Positions 25,679-36,643 of a DNA stretch of 64,000 nt are shown here, in pieces. The position numbers were made by a program, and so were the translations under genes. A model generated the notes under the pieces. The model had not been told where the DNA came from. It ran no database searches and was given only the letters and a program-made list of their open reading frames with translations. Numbering within the stretch: the stretch's first letter is position 1; each line of letters starts with the position of its first letter. The DNA comes from Heteronotia binoei (lineage: Eukaryota). Location: assembly GCF_032191835.1 (NCBI RefSeq), contig NC_083237.1, forward strand, positions 67,642,001-67,706,000. Reading direction: 5' to 3'.

Positions 25679-26267
25679 CTGAACAGAACAATCACAGAAA
25701 GGCTGCATCACCTGAAGTATTCAAGCTGAGCCAGGCAATATCTAAGTCCATAAAACATTGTCAGCGTATATGACAGCCAACCAAGAACCAACAATTAATA
25801 CAGAAGAAGAGGAGTCTCAAAGTGGCTGACAATTTCCTTTCCCTTCCCCTCCCCTCAAGAGACACCCCATGAGGCAGGTGGGGCTGAGAGAGCTCTGAGA
25901 GAACTGCTCTTGAGAGAGCAGCTCTTTCAAGGACTGTGACTGACCCAAGGTCATTCTGCAGGTGCATGTGGAGGAGGAGGGGGGAATCAAATCCGGTTCT
26001 CCCAGATAAGAGCCCATGACCTTAACTACTACACCAAACTATACACAGACTACAGGTACAGAAATACTGGGCTGTTTGCAAGTCCACTGTATGTCTGAGG
26101 TTGTAACAATGTGATTTTCCTCCTCTTGCTCAGAAGAACTCCTGACTGGGTGAGGCACTCTGTCTGGTGGACCAGAAGGGCCAAGCACTGGACTGCAGGC
26201 AGCCTTTCTGGGAGAGGAAGAGCAGCATTTTTGTTCCAGACTCTAGAGAGCCCCAAAACCAAACATA

Positions 26268-26470
26268 TGAAGCTGCCTTATACTGAATCAGACCTTTTGG
26301 TCCATCAAAGTCAGTATTGCCTTCTCAGACTGGCAGCGGCTCTCCAGGGTCTCCAGCTGAGGTTTTTCACACCTATTTGCCTGGACCCTTTTTTGGAGAT
26401 GCCAGGGATTGAACCTGGGACCTTCTGCTTCCCAAGCAGATGCTCTACCACTGAACCACAGTCCCTCCCT
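26268..26470 (-). mobile_element. Squam2-like SINE directly downstream of the tRNA-Ser gene
   Basis: The head AGGGAGGGACTGTGGTTCAGTGGTAGAGC abuts the tRNA terminator. Confidence 0.85.
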
Positions 26471-26474
26471 AAAA
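26471..26474 (-). terminator. Pol III terminator (TTTT) of the tRNA-Ser gene
   Basis: T4 run starting 7 nt after the discriminator base on the minus strand. Confidence 0.7.
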
Positions 26475-26480
26475 GAGTAC

Positions 26481-26562
26481 CATAGTCGGCAGGATTCGAA
26501 CCTGCGCAGGGAGACCCCAATGGATTTCTAGTCCATCGCCTTAACCACTCGGCCACGACTAC
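26481..26562 (-). tRNA. tRNA-Ser(AGA) gene in POLR1A intron 7
   Basis: 82-nt cloverleaf with long variable arm, anticodon AGA at 26529-26527, intact A and B boxes, no encoded CCA. Two C>T changes relative to the recalled canonical vertebrate sequence give G:U pairs. Confidence 0.9.
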
Positions 26563-26817
26563 TGGTGCTACATTGTACACTCTTTCACAAAGTTTGTACA
26601 AGCTAACATATCTCATTTCTGCCATCAGAAACACTCTCCTTCCAGAAGCAAGGAATGGATGAAAATCAGAAAAGCCAAACAAACCATTAACAGGAAATCA
26701 TATATTCTGCACCTGCAAATTTGGCCAGATATCGCACACATTGCCCAGATGCTGTATCACTAGTGCCGTGTTCCGACAGCCACTATCAAGCGGTCACAAC
26801 AGAGAACACTGTTCTAC

Positions 26818-26904
26818 CTTCGTTCTCCCACAATGCTTCAACGTGGTCCTTGGCAGCGTTCGGTGTCAGGTAACCTCGTTTCCCCGGTTGAGCTTCATCT
26901 ACGG
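26818..26904 (-). CDS. POLR1A: POLR1A exon 7
   Basis: [28 protein letters not shown]; 87 nt, AG/GT. Confidence 0.93.
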
Positions 26905-28025
26905 CTAAGCAATTAAGAGTCACGTTAAATTACGAAGTACTTTCATTTCAAACCACTCACAAAATACTTTCCAACTGTAAAAACACAGGATACGAACAAA
27001 ACCTGCATTTCTTCAATACTGACAGTAGCTTGCATAGGCCAAGTGGCACACTCCAAAGGCAAGCCGAGCATCCGCATGTATCATCATGGACACATGAATG
27101 GCTCTCTCAGGTTAACTCTCCAGTGAAATGGCCTGGCTTGTCTATAGACCCAGCCCTCCTGACGTAAGACTGGCAGGTGGAGGTCTCTGAGTGTGAACAT
27201 TTCAGCTGAAGTCATGCAGTTCACATTTATTTATTTCATTTATTTATTTTAGGCAATTCCTATTCTGCCCTTTCCTAGAGACAGGCTCAGGGCAAATAAC
27301 AACATAACAAAAACAATTTAAAATATACATTTAAAACCAGTATAAACAATACATTTTGATAGACTGCAAGTAAATTATAAATGGCGGCTCAGTTGGGCAC
27401 ATATTAAACATACTGAAGGTCCAGAACAGTAGTTAGAAATAAAAGCTAGTATCCCTGCTTGGTGCTGGGCCTGATGAGTCGGGCTGGAGGGCCAGCATCC
27501 CTCACAGAACCCCCCCCCCCTTCTGCTCCCCTCTGCCCCTCAGCAGCCAAGGGCTTCAGGACCTCTTGGGAGCAGATCATACCTCAAGGACACAGCTGCC
27601 CATTGAATCGCTAGCACTTCCTTCGCCAGCGTTGAATACTTTATTTCACGTGGAAGCAACTTATGATGAAGGTCATGGGGTGTTTGCCCCCCCCCCCACC
27701 GCCAAGGCCTGTGCCGGAGGCATCAGCAGGGAGCCGGAAGGGCTTGGCAACATTTGGGTTTTGCAACGCCTTCCATCAGTTCATAATGGGATCAGTTACA
27801 ACCAAATACCTCACCCTGTAAGGAAACGTGTGAAACAGCACACAAAAAGGATTTTCTAAAAAGAAAAGGTATGCTGACAGTCATTTCAGCTGTCCTCTCC
27901 ATCCAGACACACAAGAAGGATTTAAAGTCAAATTTGAAAGTATCCATCAAACACTATGTAGCACATTCTAAGGCAAAGAAATGCTCATCTGTGTCGTCGC
28001 TTTTTGACAAGGTAAAACGCTGTAC

Positions 28026-28135
28026 CTGCTGCTTCCTCCACAATCACTGGTTTGCCTGGTTTTTGGATGACTACTGCGGGGTGAATCACTGTGAGTTTAC
28101 TGTTGTGCTCCTTGCGGATGAAGGATCTTTCAGCT
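28026..28135 (-). CDS. POLR1A: POLR1A exon 6
   Basis: AERSFIRKEHNSKLTVIHPAVV...EEAA; 110 nt, phases compatible with both neighbours. Confidence 0.9.
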
Positions 28136-28270
28136 CTTCAGAAGGAAGAGAAACAAGAGCACAACAGTCAATTCAAACTATGGACAGAATCCTAGCTTTC
28201 AGTAAAATTTCAGAAGGGGAGGAGGGTCCACAAAAGGCTACGTGGTTTCTGAGCAAAGATCTGCACTCAC

Positions 28271-28356
28271 TTGCAGTTGGGACACCTCTTTGAACCCATG
28301 TGCAGTTTCCAAAAGCGGGAGATCAGTTCACTTCTACACGCACATACATTTTTTAC
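28271..28356 (-). CDS. POLR1A: POLR1A exon 5
   Basis: VKNVCACRSELISRFWKLHMGSKRCPNC(K); 86 nt, TAG/GTGAG. Confidence 0.94.
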
Positions 28357-29778
28357 CTAGAAAAGCAAAACGGAAGAGACAAAATTACAGAAAATGAGAC
28401 TTTAGAAAAAGGTTAAAATCTTTGAAATTTTTTGAAAATAAGCACGGCAAGCAACTATTATTCCCCTCAAGCATTGTGACCAGTGATCCTCTCAGTCTGC
28501 CCAGCTGCTCTGTTCTCCTCTGCCTGCCCTCAACCATGCCAGCGGCCAGGCTTCTTGAGCACAAGCAAAGATGGAGGGGTGGACCACAGGCGCTTTCCCT
28601 CCCCCTTGCACCGAGGACCCCCTCGCAGTTCCCTTCCAAGGTGAACTGTGTGCTGAAGGCAGCTGGGGTGAGCAATGAGCAGGAGCTGGGAACGGAGCTG
28701 ATCTCTCCAACTGAACCAACCCAGAGACGCAGCTGTGCAGCCATCCACACCTTTCTTGAACAGCATCAGGTGACCTGGCCCTCGGTCAGATGAATGGGCT
28801 GCTCATCCCCTTATTGGGCTCCTGTTTCTTTGGCCTCTGCTCTGAAAGACGAGTCACCCATCCTGTCCCCAACACGGCAGGCCCACGAGAAGGACAACTG
28901 GGCCACCCTGATAACAAGTCTGCCTGTGAGCAGGCAGCTGGCAACCCTCCAGCAGAGCCCCAACAGGCATGGCCCCCCGGCCACCTTCTGTCATACCGAC
29001 TACGGGCATCCCAGCTGGTATGATGGAGGGGGGACTGGCTGCTGTGTGCTGCTTCCAGGGGGTGGGGAGCACCTACTTAGTTTTTTCCCTTCCATGCTCC
29101 TTTCTGGGCAACAGCTGGGCTTTTGACAGCACAATGTTATGCCACTATCAGAGGTGGGGAGGTTTAAGAATCCAAGTAAGTCCTGCTCCGCCCACAGTCT
29201 GCCCTTGGTGGTACCCAGATCTTCCTGACACCACATCAGTGACTCTACTAGAAGCAGAACTATGTCAGAGATGAGCCAGCATCATGCTCGGTCATCTTCC
29301 TGAGCCCTGGCTGAAGATGGGGTGGGAACCACCCCAGTTCTGTTCTTTAATCAACTGAATGACAGCCTTTACAGTCAGGAGTTTTCCAGACGAGAAGGAG
29401 TGAGCGAAAGAACAGCTGTATGAAAAATTACACAAACCAAATCTGTTAAATACAGGGCTTTAAAAAAACAAAATAACAAGCAGCACCCAAATTAGTTCGT
29501 TTGCTCTTGCCTGCCTGTTTCATACATTGTATTACTTTGATGACGTAGAATATGGTAATACATATGGTTTGTATCTTTGTTCTGTGGTAGCCTTTGAAAA
29601 AATCGATACAACCTGAGCATGCTACAATAGGAAATGCCTAGAGAGATTAATTCACAAATATTTGTCCTACAATATGCCTAAAACGACAGATACTGAAATT
29701 CATTTCCTAATTTGTCTCAAATTATTTCAGAATTCTTACAAGACAGGATAGTTTATGCTGCTGGTTGTTCTTACTTAC

Positions 29779-29889
29779 ATGATGTGACCCTTGGTCTGTT
29801 AGCTGGTTATTTTGGAGAATTTCTTTTGTGTGTTGGCTTAAAATTTCTTCTACATCAAGTTCAGGTGCATCTGCATTTTCCTCTAAAAA
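29779..29889 (-). CDS. POLR1A: POLR1A exon 4
   Basis: FLEENADAPELDVEEILSQHTKEILQNNQLTDQGSHH; 111 nt, CAG/GTAAG. Confidence 0.92.
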
Positions 29890-29963
29890 CTGAAAGAAAA
29901 TGTAAATTAGCCTCCTTCTGACAAGACCCAGAAGATGGACAAAGGGAGGGATGCAAAACCCAC

Positions 29964-30113
29964 CGTGCTCAGGATGGCCTCGAGGTCCCAGATGCCTTCA
30001 AGCAGCCCTGCTTCCAAGAGCTTCAGCTGGTTTAGCAGTAAATGAATCACAGCTCGCGGACACGTCAGATGGCAACAGCTTAAGCAAGAACCTCGTATCA
30101 GAAGGAATAATTT
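29964..30113 (-). CDS. POLR1A: POLR1A exon 3
   Basis: [30 protein letters not shown]...ILST; 150 nt, AG/GT. Confidence 0.96.
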
Positions 30114-31025
30114 CTGGAAAAGATAATTGCACTCAATATTTATAGCACCTTTTTGACCTTTTGACCACCTCAAACAAGGAAGTCTCAAGCAAGCCTGGTA
30201 AAATGAAGAGCATCTGAAGAACAGCACAAGTCACCACAAGGAATCCTCCCATCATTTCAATCTCCTTGCACTAATTTACAAAATAAATTTTAAAACAAAA
30301 TCAGTTTCCCTGCATGCTTAAAAGTGCTTCCTTTAGGACTTAAAAAGATCAACTGCCTACCCCCCAGGCAAAATCAACCCAGTTCTGGTTTTGGCCTTGG
30401 AATTATACCTCTCCCTGTACGGAAGGCTCGAGAGACAATACCATTGAAAAGAGGATGCTAGTAGCACCCTCTTGCTTCAAAACACTTGATACTATTTGGC
30501 CATCTTTAACCCACAGAGTTAACACTGTTTTCCTAACCGTGCAATCCTTGTACTACTATATTTATTTGTTTTATTTTATTATATTTGTATCCCACCCTCC
30601 CCTGATGGGTTCATGCTTACATGTCTTATTTCATTATGTGATGCAATCTGCCTTGAGCTTTAGCAAGGGAAGTGACTATACAATAAATAGATAAAAATAA
30701 CTCCAGCAGCTCTACAGTATTAGTTAATATAGACAGCCAGAAAGAGCCAAATGCATTCTACTGGAGGCCTCTACAAAGGGAGGGGGAGGTTCCTTCTGAG
30801 AGGAGACTGACACTTTGGAAAAAGAGCCGTTCTGCTTGCCGGTGTTGCTCTATTGCCTACAAATGTCTGGAATGGTATGGAAAGAAACCACAGGGGAGTG
30901 GCTTCCAGACCACTGCAGTTATCTCAGTCATTTTCAAGAGTAACCTCCTATGAGCCCACCACAGTAATAACCTGCATTCAGAAGCAGTGCAAGCTGTACA
31001 TGTCACAGAAGCCGTTAACACTTAC

Positions 31026-31230
31026 ATCAAAAAAGAGAGGGTTATAGACAGTGAGAGGCAGCTCTGTGTGTCCCAGGTGCCCTGGGCAGTTGTTGAAGTC
31101 CTGTATGCAAGTTGCACACACTTCCTTGTTGTCAAGCGGCCCCAAAGCCAAATCATGGAGCCCATTGGGTAATGCAATGCCTGCACTGTCCAGGAAACGA
31201 GGGTCGGTTATCGATTTCACACTCAGCTTC
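31026..31230 (-). CDS. POLR1A: POLR1A exon 2 (clamp zinc site)
   Basis: [15 protein letters not shown]...[31 protein letters not shown]; AG/GT boundaries, 205 nt. Confidence 0.96.
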
Positions 31231-31763
31231 CTAAAAAGAAAGAGACATTCTTTGGTCACATATCCTTGAACCTTACAGTATATCAACTAAATTGTATTAC
31301 TGCAAATGGTTGCTATTTGCTATTGGGCAACTCCACCAGATGGACCACCAACAGATAAATTGTATCCTCTGTATAGCACCAATACTTTGTTTTAAATTAT
31401 AACTATCCAATTGTTTTATATTTGAAATTGAGATGTTGTTTTTATGTGATTGTTAGCAGCCCTGAGTCCGTTTGGAATGGGCGGGATACAAATGGAAAGT
31501 AAGTAAACAAACAAACAAAATTGCAGCGCCAGAGGATTCCCCTTGCACGGCCTTTTACTCTCCACTGCTAAGATTCGTTCGTTTCTTGTTTGTGGTCCCG
31601 GTGAGAATTTTCTCGCCTGCTGTCGTGCAACCACAATTGCAGCGCAGGAGGCTGTTCTTTAGCCCTGTCTCGCCGGGCGGCTCCGCGGGAGGAGGAGGCC
31701 GGGCCAAAGCGGGGGCCTTCCTGCCTTCCCTCCCTGGGCGGCCCGGTCTCCCCCTCCGCTCAC

Positions 31764-31825
31764 CCGATCTCCTCCGCTCGGTAGACGCCGAAGGACAAGC
31801 CGCTCAGCCGCCGCCACGCCGCCAT
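31764..31825 (-). CDS. POLR1A: POLR1A coding exon 1
   Basis: MAAWRRLSGLSFGVYRAEEI(G) matches the vertebrate RPA1 N-terminus (WRRLxGISFGxYxAEE). ATG at 31825-31823, GTGAG donor, phase 2. Confidence 0.92.
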
Positions 31826-31920
31826 GCCTCCCTCCCTCCCTGCCCGCACGCCGGCCGGCCGGCCCACTTCCGCTTCCGCCCTCCCTCCCTTCCGCTTCCG
31901 GGGCGGCGAAGATGGCGGCG
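31826..31920. promoter_or_regulatory. POLR1A/PTCD3 bidirectional promoter core
   Basis: Two tandem CTTCCGCTTCCG pairs (ETS/GABP-like GGAA cores, about 31867-31878 and 31889-31900). A YY1-like AAGATGGCGGC overlaps the PTCD3 ATG. No TATA box. Confidence 0.8.
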
Positions 31921-31970
31921 AGGCCTTGGCTGAGCGCGGCGGCCTGGGGGGGGCGGCTGGCCGGCCGAAG
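31912..31970 (+). CDS. PTCD3: PTCD3 coding exon 1 (mitochondrial presequence)
   Basis: ATG in AAGATGGCGGCG; MAARPWLSAAAWGGRLAGR(R) is Arg-rich with no acidic residues. GTGGGT donor, phase 2, splices in frame to exon 2. Confidence 0.8.
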
Positions 31971-32204
31971 GTGGGTGTGGGGCCCCTGGAGGGAGACCCC
32001 GCGCGGCCAAGCCCCGCCCCCTCCCCCCGCTGCGGCCAGGAGAGGCGGGGGAGCCCCGGGCGGGAGGGGCCCGGCCTGGGCGGGAGGGGGCTGCTCTCTG
32101 TTTGTGGATCTGCCCCCGCCCTGCAGAGGCAAGGCCCGGCGCGGGGAGGGAGGGGAATTGGGGAGAAACGGGAAGATGTTATACCTAATCTGTTTACATG
32201 ATGT

Positions 32205-33465
32205 GTGGTCAGTCCGACTCTTTGCGACCCCAAGGACAGTCAGCCAGGCCCTCCTGTCTGCCACCATCCTCCGAAGTCTGCTCAAATTCGTGTTTGTTAC
32301 ATCAGTAATGCTGTCCAGCCATCTCCTCTTTTGCCGTCCCCTTCTTCTTTTGCCTTCTGTCTTTCCCAGCATCAGGTCTTCTCCAGGGAGTGATCCCTTC
32401 TCATTGGGTGGCCAAAGTCTTTGAGCGTCAGCTTCAGAATCTGCCCTTCCAGGGAACAGTCAGGGTTGATTTCCCTTAGGACTGACTGATTGAACTCACA
32501 AATTGTTGTTGTTCAGTCGCACAGTCAAGTCCGACTCTTTGCGACCCCATGGACAAAGTCACGCCAGGCCCTCCAGTCTTCCACCATCCTCCAAAGTCTG
32601 CTCAAATTCGTGTTTCTTACATTAGTAACACTGTCCAGCCATCTCATCTTTTGCCGTCCCCTTCTTCTTTTGCCTTCTGTCTTTCCCAGCATCAGGGTCT
32701 TCTCCAGTGAGGGCTCCCTTCTCATTGGGTGGCCAAAGTCTTTGAGCGTCAGCTTCAGCATCTGCCCTTCCAGGGAACAGTCAGGGTTGATTTCCCTTAG
32801 GACTGACTGATTGAACTCACAAATTGTTGTTTTTCAGTCGCACAGTCAAGTCCGACTCTTTGCGACCCCATGGACAAAGTCACGCCAGGCCCTCCTGTCT
32901 TCCACCATCCTCCGAAGTCTGCTCAAATTCGTGTTTCTTACATCAGTAACGCTGTCCAGCCATCTCATCTTTTGCCGTCCCCTTCTTCTTTTGCCTTCTG
33001 TCTTTCCCAGCATCAGGTCTTCTCCAGGGAGTGCTCCCTTCTCATTTTGTGGCCAAAGTATTTGAGCTTCAGAATCTGACCTTCCAGGGAACAGTCAGGG
33101 TTGATTTCCCTTAGGACTGACTGATTGAACTCACAAATTGTTGTTCAGTCGCACAGTCAAGTCTAACTCTTTGCGACCCCATGGACAAAGTCATGCCAGG
33201 CCCTCCTGTCTTCCACCATCCTCCAAAGTCTGCTCAAATTCGTGTTTGTTACATTACTAACACTGTCCAGCCATCTCATCTTTTGCCATCCCCTTCTTTT
33301 GCCTTCTGTCTTTCCCAGCATCAGGGTCTTCTCCAGGGAGTGCTCCCTTCTCATTTGGTGGCCAAAGTATTTCAGCTTCAGCATCTGACCTTCCAGGGAA
33401 CAGTCAGGGTTGATTTCCCTTAGGATGGACTCATTTGTTCGTCTTGCAGTCCAAGGGACTCTAGC
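32205..33465 (-). repeat. Four tandem copies of a BovB (RTE) 3' end, period about 315-321 bp
   Basis: Each copy encodes LEKTLMLGKTEGKRRRGRQKMRWLDS...AWRxxVHGVAKSRT; the linker GACTGATTGAACTCACAAATTGTTG is repeated. Confidence 0.9.
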
Positions 33466-33616
33466 TGTGTTGGACTGAAACCTCTCCCCACCCCCGGGCT
33501 TTTACTGCCCTCCCAGCTCTCAGCAGTTTGCCTGGAGCAGCTCCAGGTGGGAGGGGGCCTGTGGCAGCTCCCAGGCTCTGCTGCAGCTTCCAGGGTCTCT
33601 AAAAAGATAAAGTTAA

Positions 33617-35765
33617 GAACATAAGAGAAGCCATGTTGGATCAGGCCATTGGCCCATCCAGTCCAACACTCTGTGTCACACAGTAGCCAAAAAAAATTAT
33701 ATACACACACACTCTGTGGCTAATAGCCACTGATTGACCTCTGCTCCAAATTTTTATCTAACCCCCTCTTGAAGCTGTCTATGCTTGTAGCCACCACCAC
33801 CTCCTGTGGCAGTGAATTCCACATGTTAATCACCCTTTGGGTGAAGAAGTACTTCCTTTTATCCGTTCTAACCTGACTGCTCAGCAATTTCATTGAATGC
33901 CCACGAGTTCTTGTATTGTGAGAAAGGGAGAAAAGAACTTCTTTCTTTACTTTCTCCATCCCATGCATTATCTTGTAAACCTCTATCATGTCACCCTGCA
34001 GTCGACATTTCTCCAAACGAAAGAGCCCCAAGTGTTTCAACCTTTCTTCTTAGGGAAAGTGTTCCAACCCTTTAATCATTCTAGTTGCCCTTTTCTGGAT
34101 TTTTTCCAATGCTATAATATCCTTTTTGAGGCATGGTGACCAGAATTGCACACAGTATTCCAAATGAAACCGCAACATCGATTTATACAGGGGCATTATG
34201 ATACTAGCTGATTTGTTTTCAGTTCCCTTCCTAATAATTCCCAGCATGGCGTTGGCCTTTTTTATTGCAATCGCACACTGTCTTGACATTTTCAGTGAGT
34301 TATGTACCATGACCCCAAGATCTCTCTCTTGGTCAGTCTCTGCCAGTTCACACCCCATCAACTTGAATTTGTAGCTGGGATTCTTGGCCCCAATGTGCAT
34401 TACTTTGCACTTGGCCACATTAAACCTCATCTGCCACGTTGACGCCCATTCACCCAGCCTCAACAGATCCCTTTGGGGTTCCTCACAGTCCTCTCTGGTT
34501 CTCACCACCCTGAACAATTTAGTGTCATCCGCAAATTTGGCCAGACTTGGCCATACAGTCTCCACACTGATGATATCAAGACCACTGCGAAGACTGCCCA
34601 TTTATACTCACTCTCTGCTTCCTATTAATTAACCAGTTTTTGATCCACAAGAGGACCTGTCCTTTTACTCAATGACTCTTGAGCTTTCTAAGGAGCCTTT
34701 GATGAGGAACTTTATCACAAGCTTTCTGGAAGTCAAGGTAAACAACATCTATTGGGTCTCCTTTGTCCACATGTTTGTTCACCCCCTCAAAGAAATGTAA
34801 CAGGTTAGTGAGGCAAGATCTTCCCTTACAGAACCCATGCTGAGTCTTCCTCAATAACCCGTGTTCATCAATGTGCCTACTCATTCTGTCCTTGATAATG
34901 GTTTCTACCAACTTTCCCGGTATTGAAGTCAGACTGACTGGCCTGTAATTTCCCGGATCGCCTCTGGAACCCTTTTTAAAGATGGGGGTGACATTTGCTA
35001 CCTTCCAGTCTTCAGGAAGATATCAATGAAAGATTACATATTTTTGTCAGAAGATCCACAAGTTCAACTTTGAGTTCTTTCAGAACTCTTGGATGTATGC
35101 CATCCGGACCTGGTGACTTATTAGTTTATAATTCATCTATCAGTTGTAGGACCTCCTCTCTTGTCACCTCAATCTGACTCAGGTCTTTCAACACCCCTTC
35201 CAAAATTAGTGGTTCTGCAGCGAGCAAACACTTCTCATCTTCCACAGTGAAGACGGAGGCAAAAAATGCATTCAGCTTCTCAGCCATTTCCTTATTCTCT
35301 TTCAGTAATCCTTTCACCCCTTGGTCATCCAAGGGCCCCACTGCCTCCCTGGCTGGTTTCCTGCTTCTAATATATTTGAAGAAATTTTTATTGTTGGTCT
35401 TTATGTTTTTTGCAATATGCTCCGCATAGTCCCTTTTTGCCTGCCTGATCACAGTCTTGCATTTGATTTGCCACAGCCTGTGTTCCCTTTTATTAATCTC
35501 ACTTGGACTAGCTTTCCACCGCTTAAAGGAGTCCTTCTTACCTTTTACAGCTTCCATTACTTTGTTTGTTAACCATGTAGGCCTTTTCTTATACCTGTTT
35601 GTGCCTTTCCTACCTTGTGGTATATATTTTATCTGAGCTTTTAGGATTGTAGTTTTAAATAGCCTCCAAGCTTCCCCAAGGGTTTTGACTGTATTTACCT
35701 TTCCTTTCAGTTTCCTTTTCACATGCCTCCTCATCTCAGAGAATTTACCCCTTTTAAAGTTAAAA
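33617..35765 (-). mobile_element. CR1 LINE, 5'-truncated, frameshifted, with internal deletions
   Basis: KTNNKNFFKYIRS, QHGFCKGRSCLTNL, VYLDFQKA, KFADDTKL and YCVQFWSP motifs; the tail is at 33617. Confidence 0.93.
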
Positions 35766-35992
35766 GTGAAAGTTAAAAAACTTTTCAGATTTTTCAGATT
35801 TTCCTGCAAACTTTGGGGGTTGGTCAAGTTTGCAAAAAAACCCTGAGGTATGAGTGCTCCTTATCAGCAGATTTTGGTATCCACAGACAGGATGCACTGT
35901 TGGGAATTACTTCTATAGGTAATACTGTGCATTAAGCATATTTTGTAATAACATTATTTTGGTTTTTAATAATAAAATGATGGTTTCTTTAG

Positions 35993-36042
35993 GTACTGCT
36001 CAGGAAATGCGGGACTACAGGAAAAATCTCCTGATCCTCAAG
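35993..36042 (+). CDS. PTCD3: PTCD3 exon 2
   Basis: (R)YCSGNAGLQEKSPDPQ; TTTAG/GTACGG, 50 nt. Position and phase resemble human exon 2 (FYSGSA...), but similarity is low. Confidence 0.7.
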
Positions 36043-36477
36043 GTACGGTATGGTGTAGAACCATCTGAAAATTGAAATGATGGATTTAACTTTGAGTAAA
36101 CTAGATACCCCTAAACCTATTGATTTGGACTTGTCTTTGTTAAAGCACTGGGACTTCCTTCTAAGAAAGGTAGCTGGTACAGGGCCATTGGTGCAGCTGA
36201 ACCTGTTTGCTTCCGATACGTTGTCCATACTCTACCTAAAGTATTTTCTGTATTCTTGAAAGTTGTGAACTTTGCATATATCCTCTGCTGTTTTAATGTA
36301 ATTTTTTGTTACCAAATGTAACTTTTTAGTTGTTGTTAGTCATCCTGAGTCTACTTGTGGAGAGGGCGGGATACAAATTTAAAGTAAATAAATAAATAAA
36401 ATTTGTTTAACGTTTTATCCTACTCTTTCATTAAGGATTATTAGAAGTGGCCAATATAAACAAATGTATTAATGAAG

Positions 36478-36508
36478 AAAGAATTGTTCTTCCAAAAAAG
36501 AAAACCTG
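36478..36508 (+). CDS. PTCD3: PTCD3 exon 3 (acceptor uncertain)
   Basis: ERIVLPKKKT(W) matches EEVVIPKKKTW; GTGAG donor. Alternative in-frame acceptors give starts at 36436 and 36445. Confidence 0.8.
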
Positions 36509-36597
36509 GTGAGTTCTTCCAACTTGATATGTTTTAATAATATGTTTAGGAATATATTGGAAAACGTAATAAATAATGCAGTTTCTCTTATGTGTAG

Positions 36598-36643
36598 GGA
36601 CAAATTGGCAGTCCTCCAAGCCCTTGCATCAACAGTCCGCAGG
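36598..36643 (+). CDS. PTCD3: PTCD3 exon 4
   Basis: DKLAVLQALASTVRR; TAG/GTAAG. Confidence 0.95.

Larger units (their letters stand above)
31640..32150. promoter_or_regulatory. CpG island
   Basis: Very GC- and CpG-rich segment covering both first exons, against CpG-poor flanks. Confidence 0.85.

Noticed and set aside
26471-26586. Leader-trailer pairing around the tRNA (AAAGAGTGTAC with GTACTCTTT)
   Set aside because: Short, bulged and AT-rich; compatible with chance.
31472-32424. Long overlapping ORFs (125-237 aa) across the promoter
   Set aside because: These are stop-poor GC-rich CpG-island frames running into BovB sequence; only the short first exons are supported.
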